Shown: positions 43,530-45,048 of the stretch, piece after piece
Layout of the letters: every line of letters starts with the position of its first letter
How positions within the stretch are numbered: position 1 is the first letter of the stretch
Assembly: GCA_039798785.1 (NCBI GenBank)
Contig: JBDKFG010000039.1
Coordinates: forward strand, 1-45,048
DNA: 45,048 nucleotides
Direction of reading: 5' to 3'
DNA from: Verrucomicrobiota bacterium
GTDB lineage: Bacteria; Verrucomicrobiota; Lentisphaeria; Lentisphaerales; Lentisphaeraceae
Position numbers and translations under genes: made by a program
Notes under the pieces: model-generated
What the model saw: only the letters and a program-made list of their open reading frames with translations
Told to the model about the DNA's origin: nothing
Databases searched by the model: none

Positions 43530-44831
43530 TCACTTCCGATTCAGGAGTTTCAAGGCGGCATCGCGGAGGCTGGCGGCGTCCGCCCCCTTCTCCAGCTTGG
43601 TTTCGGGAATTTTCAGGCCGAGTTCATCTGCGGCGCTGCTGCGGTAGACCGCAGCAAGAGACTTGCTCTGGGGACTTTCGAGAATCGCCATCCTCTGCTT
43701 CTTGTGATCCATCTTGTCGATGTCGTCGAGCATCGGCCGAAGCGAAACCGGGTCGGCAGCGACGGCGCCGGAGTAAGTCTGAGGATCCCGCGCGGCGATC
43801 TCCAAGGCGGCGGCGCCTCCTTGGCCAAGGCCGCCGAGAATCACCGCACCGACCTTGAATTTCTTCTGCGCCAGCAGCCGCTTGATTTCACGGTCGACGA
43901 TGAATCCGTCGGACTCCCATTCCTCGCTCCAGGCGCGATCCAGTCCTTCGCCAGGGGCGTCGAGACGCAAGACGGCGCATTCCGTCGGCACCAGCTTGGG
44001 CAGCGCCGATGCCGGCAGCTCGGACGAGCCGAGGATCACCAGCAGCGGCACCGGCTGGCTCAGCTCGACGGGAAGGACGAGATTGATCTGAGGACGCCCG
44101 ATCAGGTAGTCGCGATAATTGGCTTCCAGCTCCTTGCGCTTCTGGCGGTAGTCCAAGGCCCGCTGAATCACCTCGGTGTCTTTCTCCGCATCGCCTTTCG
44201 AGATCAAGCTTTTCGCTGAAAGGATTCCGACCAGCACCATGCCGACCGAGAGCACCAGCATCAGGGGAGGCAGGACCAGGTGGGCATAGTCATCAGAATC
44301 CTTGACCGAACGGCTTGCCGGTTTGCCGCCGACACGGCTAGGTCCGGCTTCAATTTGTGTCTTGATCTTTTTGCCGGAGCGCAGGTCGTAGCCGCAGCGA
44401 ATGCAGAGAACCGCCTCGGCATCCAAGGGCTTGCCGCAGGAAGGGCAGCCGCCTTCCGGCACCGGACCAGTCGCCGAGGGAACCGGCTCCTCGGCCTCTG
44501 CATCGGTGCGCCGGACGCGCAAGGGCGCTTTCATCGGCGCAGCGGTTACTGGCGCCGCAGGAGGAACCAGGGCTTTCGGCGCGCTCAAGCCGGGCGCCGC
44601 AGGAGGAACCAGGGCTTTCGACGCGCTCAAGCCGGGCGCCGCAGGAGGAACCAGGGCTTTCGACGCGCTCAAGCCGGGCGCCGCGTGAGGAGGAACAAGC
44701 TGCTCAGGAAATTCGACTTCCAGAATCTCCTCTTCGCTGGCCTCGGCAGTCAAGTGTGCCGGCAGGATGTTGGGAGTTTCGGGCACTTGCTCGCCAAGGC
44801 GACGGAGACGTCCGGGTACGGGAGATTGCAT
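43530..44831 (-). CDS. Pro/Ala-rich repeat + zinc ribbon + TM + degenerate alpha/beta-hydrolase-like protein (start uncertain)
   Basis: CPSCGKPLDAEAVLCIRCGYDLRSG; TM; PLLVILG, VILGGLGQGGAAAL, ARDPQTYSGAVA. Confidence 0.7.
   Translation of the reverse strand: MQSPVPGRLRRLGEQVPETPNILPAHLTAEASEEEILEVEFPEQLVPPHAAPGLSASKALVPPAAPGLSASKALVPPAAPGLSAPKALVPPAAPVTAAPMKAPLRVRRTDAEAEEPVPSATGPVPEGGCPSCGKPLDAEAVLCIRCGYDLRSGKKIKTQIEAGPSRVGGKPASRSVKDSDDYAHLVLPPLMLVLSVGMVLVGILSAKSLISKGDAEKDTEVIQRALDYRQKRKELEANYRDYLIGRPQINLVLPVELSQPVPLLVILGSSELPASALPKLVPTECAVLRLDAPGEGLDRAWSEEWESDGFIVDREIKRLLAQKKFKVGAVILGGLGQGGAAALEIAARDPQTYSGAVAADPVSLRPMLDDIDKMDHKKQRMAILESPQSKSLAAVYRSSAADELGLKIPETKLEKGADAASLRDAALKLLNRK
44551..44684. 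repeat. In-frame 42-bp tandem repeat x3 plus partial copy
   Basis: Units start at 44551, 44593, 44635; encode ALVPPAAPGLSA(S/P)K. Confidence 0.95.
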
Positions 44832-44980
44832 GCGTGTTTCTTTGGGCAGATGAGAGTGTGACAGTTTCGCTACAGTTCAGCAGTATAAGGCCTGATGAAA
44901 CTGAGTGACAAGCAGGCACGAGCATTTTACACACACGTCTATTGTCATAAACCTAATCCGACTCCGCCGGAACCGAAGCT

Positions 44981-45040
44981 GAACCACGGAGGACACGGAG
45001 GACACGTAATCAACCGCAGAAGACGCAGATGAACGCAGAT
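44981..45040. repeat. Two further 10-mer repeat arms (ACCACGGAGGACACGGAG; AACCGCAGAAGACGCAGATGAACGCAGAT)
   Basis: Same AACC-start, 10-nt periodic architecture as the 15577/16788/19610 family. Confidence 0.75.
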
Positions 45041-45048
45041 GAGGAAAC

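Noticed and set aside
44740..44860. Alternative-frame Cys-containing peptide (ICPKKHAC...KCPK) as a frameshifted N-terminal zinc finger
   Set aside because: Cys spacing is not a clear CxxC pair and there is no start or SD support.

Overview
High-GC chromosomal window from a PVC-superphylum bacterium, most like Lentisphaerota/Verrucomicrobiota. This is inferred from a DUF1553/DUF1501 pair, a PVC-type CxxCH protein and an H-X9-DG prepilin. The backbone is housekeeping genes (lgt, rluD, htpG, alr, tilS, mfd, a sigma-70 factor, NUDIX) mixed with secreted or envelope proteins (serpin, two vWA proteins, GH10, PhoD-like, alpha/beta hydrolase). I saw no rRNA, tRNA, CRISPR array, integrase or intact transposase. 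The most unusual signal is at the DNA level: small AT-richer cargo genes sit directly behind the stop codons of core genes and are bounded by displaced, diverged copies of the same gene's 3' end. There is one such tail for mfd and two successive tails with different breakpoints for a FIST gene, which suggests serial integrase-free accretion at gene ends. The window also holds two GTAG-type REPIN-like elements around tilS, 7-mer and 10-mer tandem repeats in intergenic spacers, an apparent MotA-like/FliL-like fusion with a frameshifted tail, a serpin with an AAPA bait loop, and a secreted Cys/Lys/Glu peptide. Family assignments come from motif recognition only; no database searches were run.
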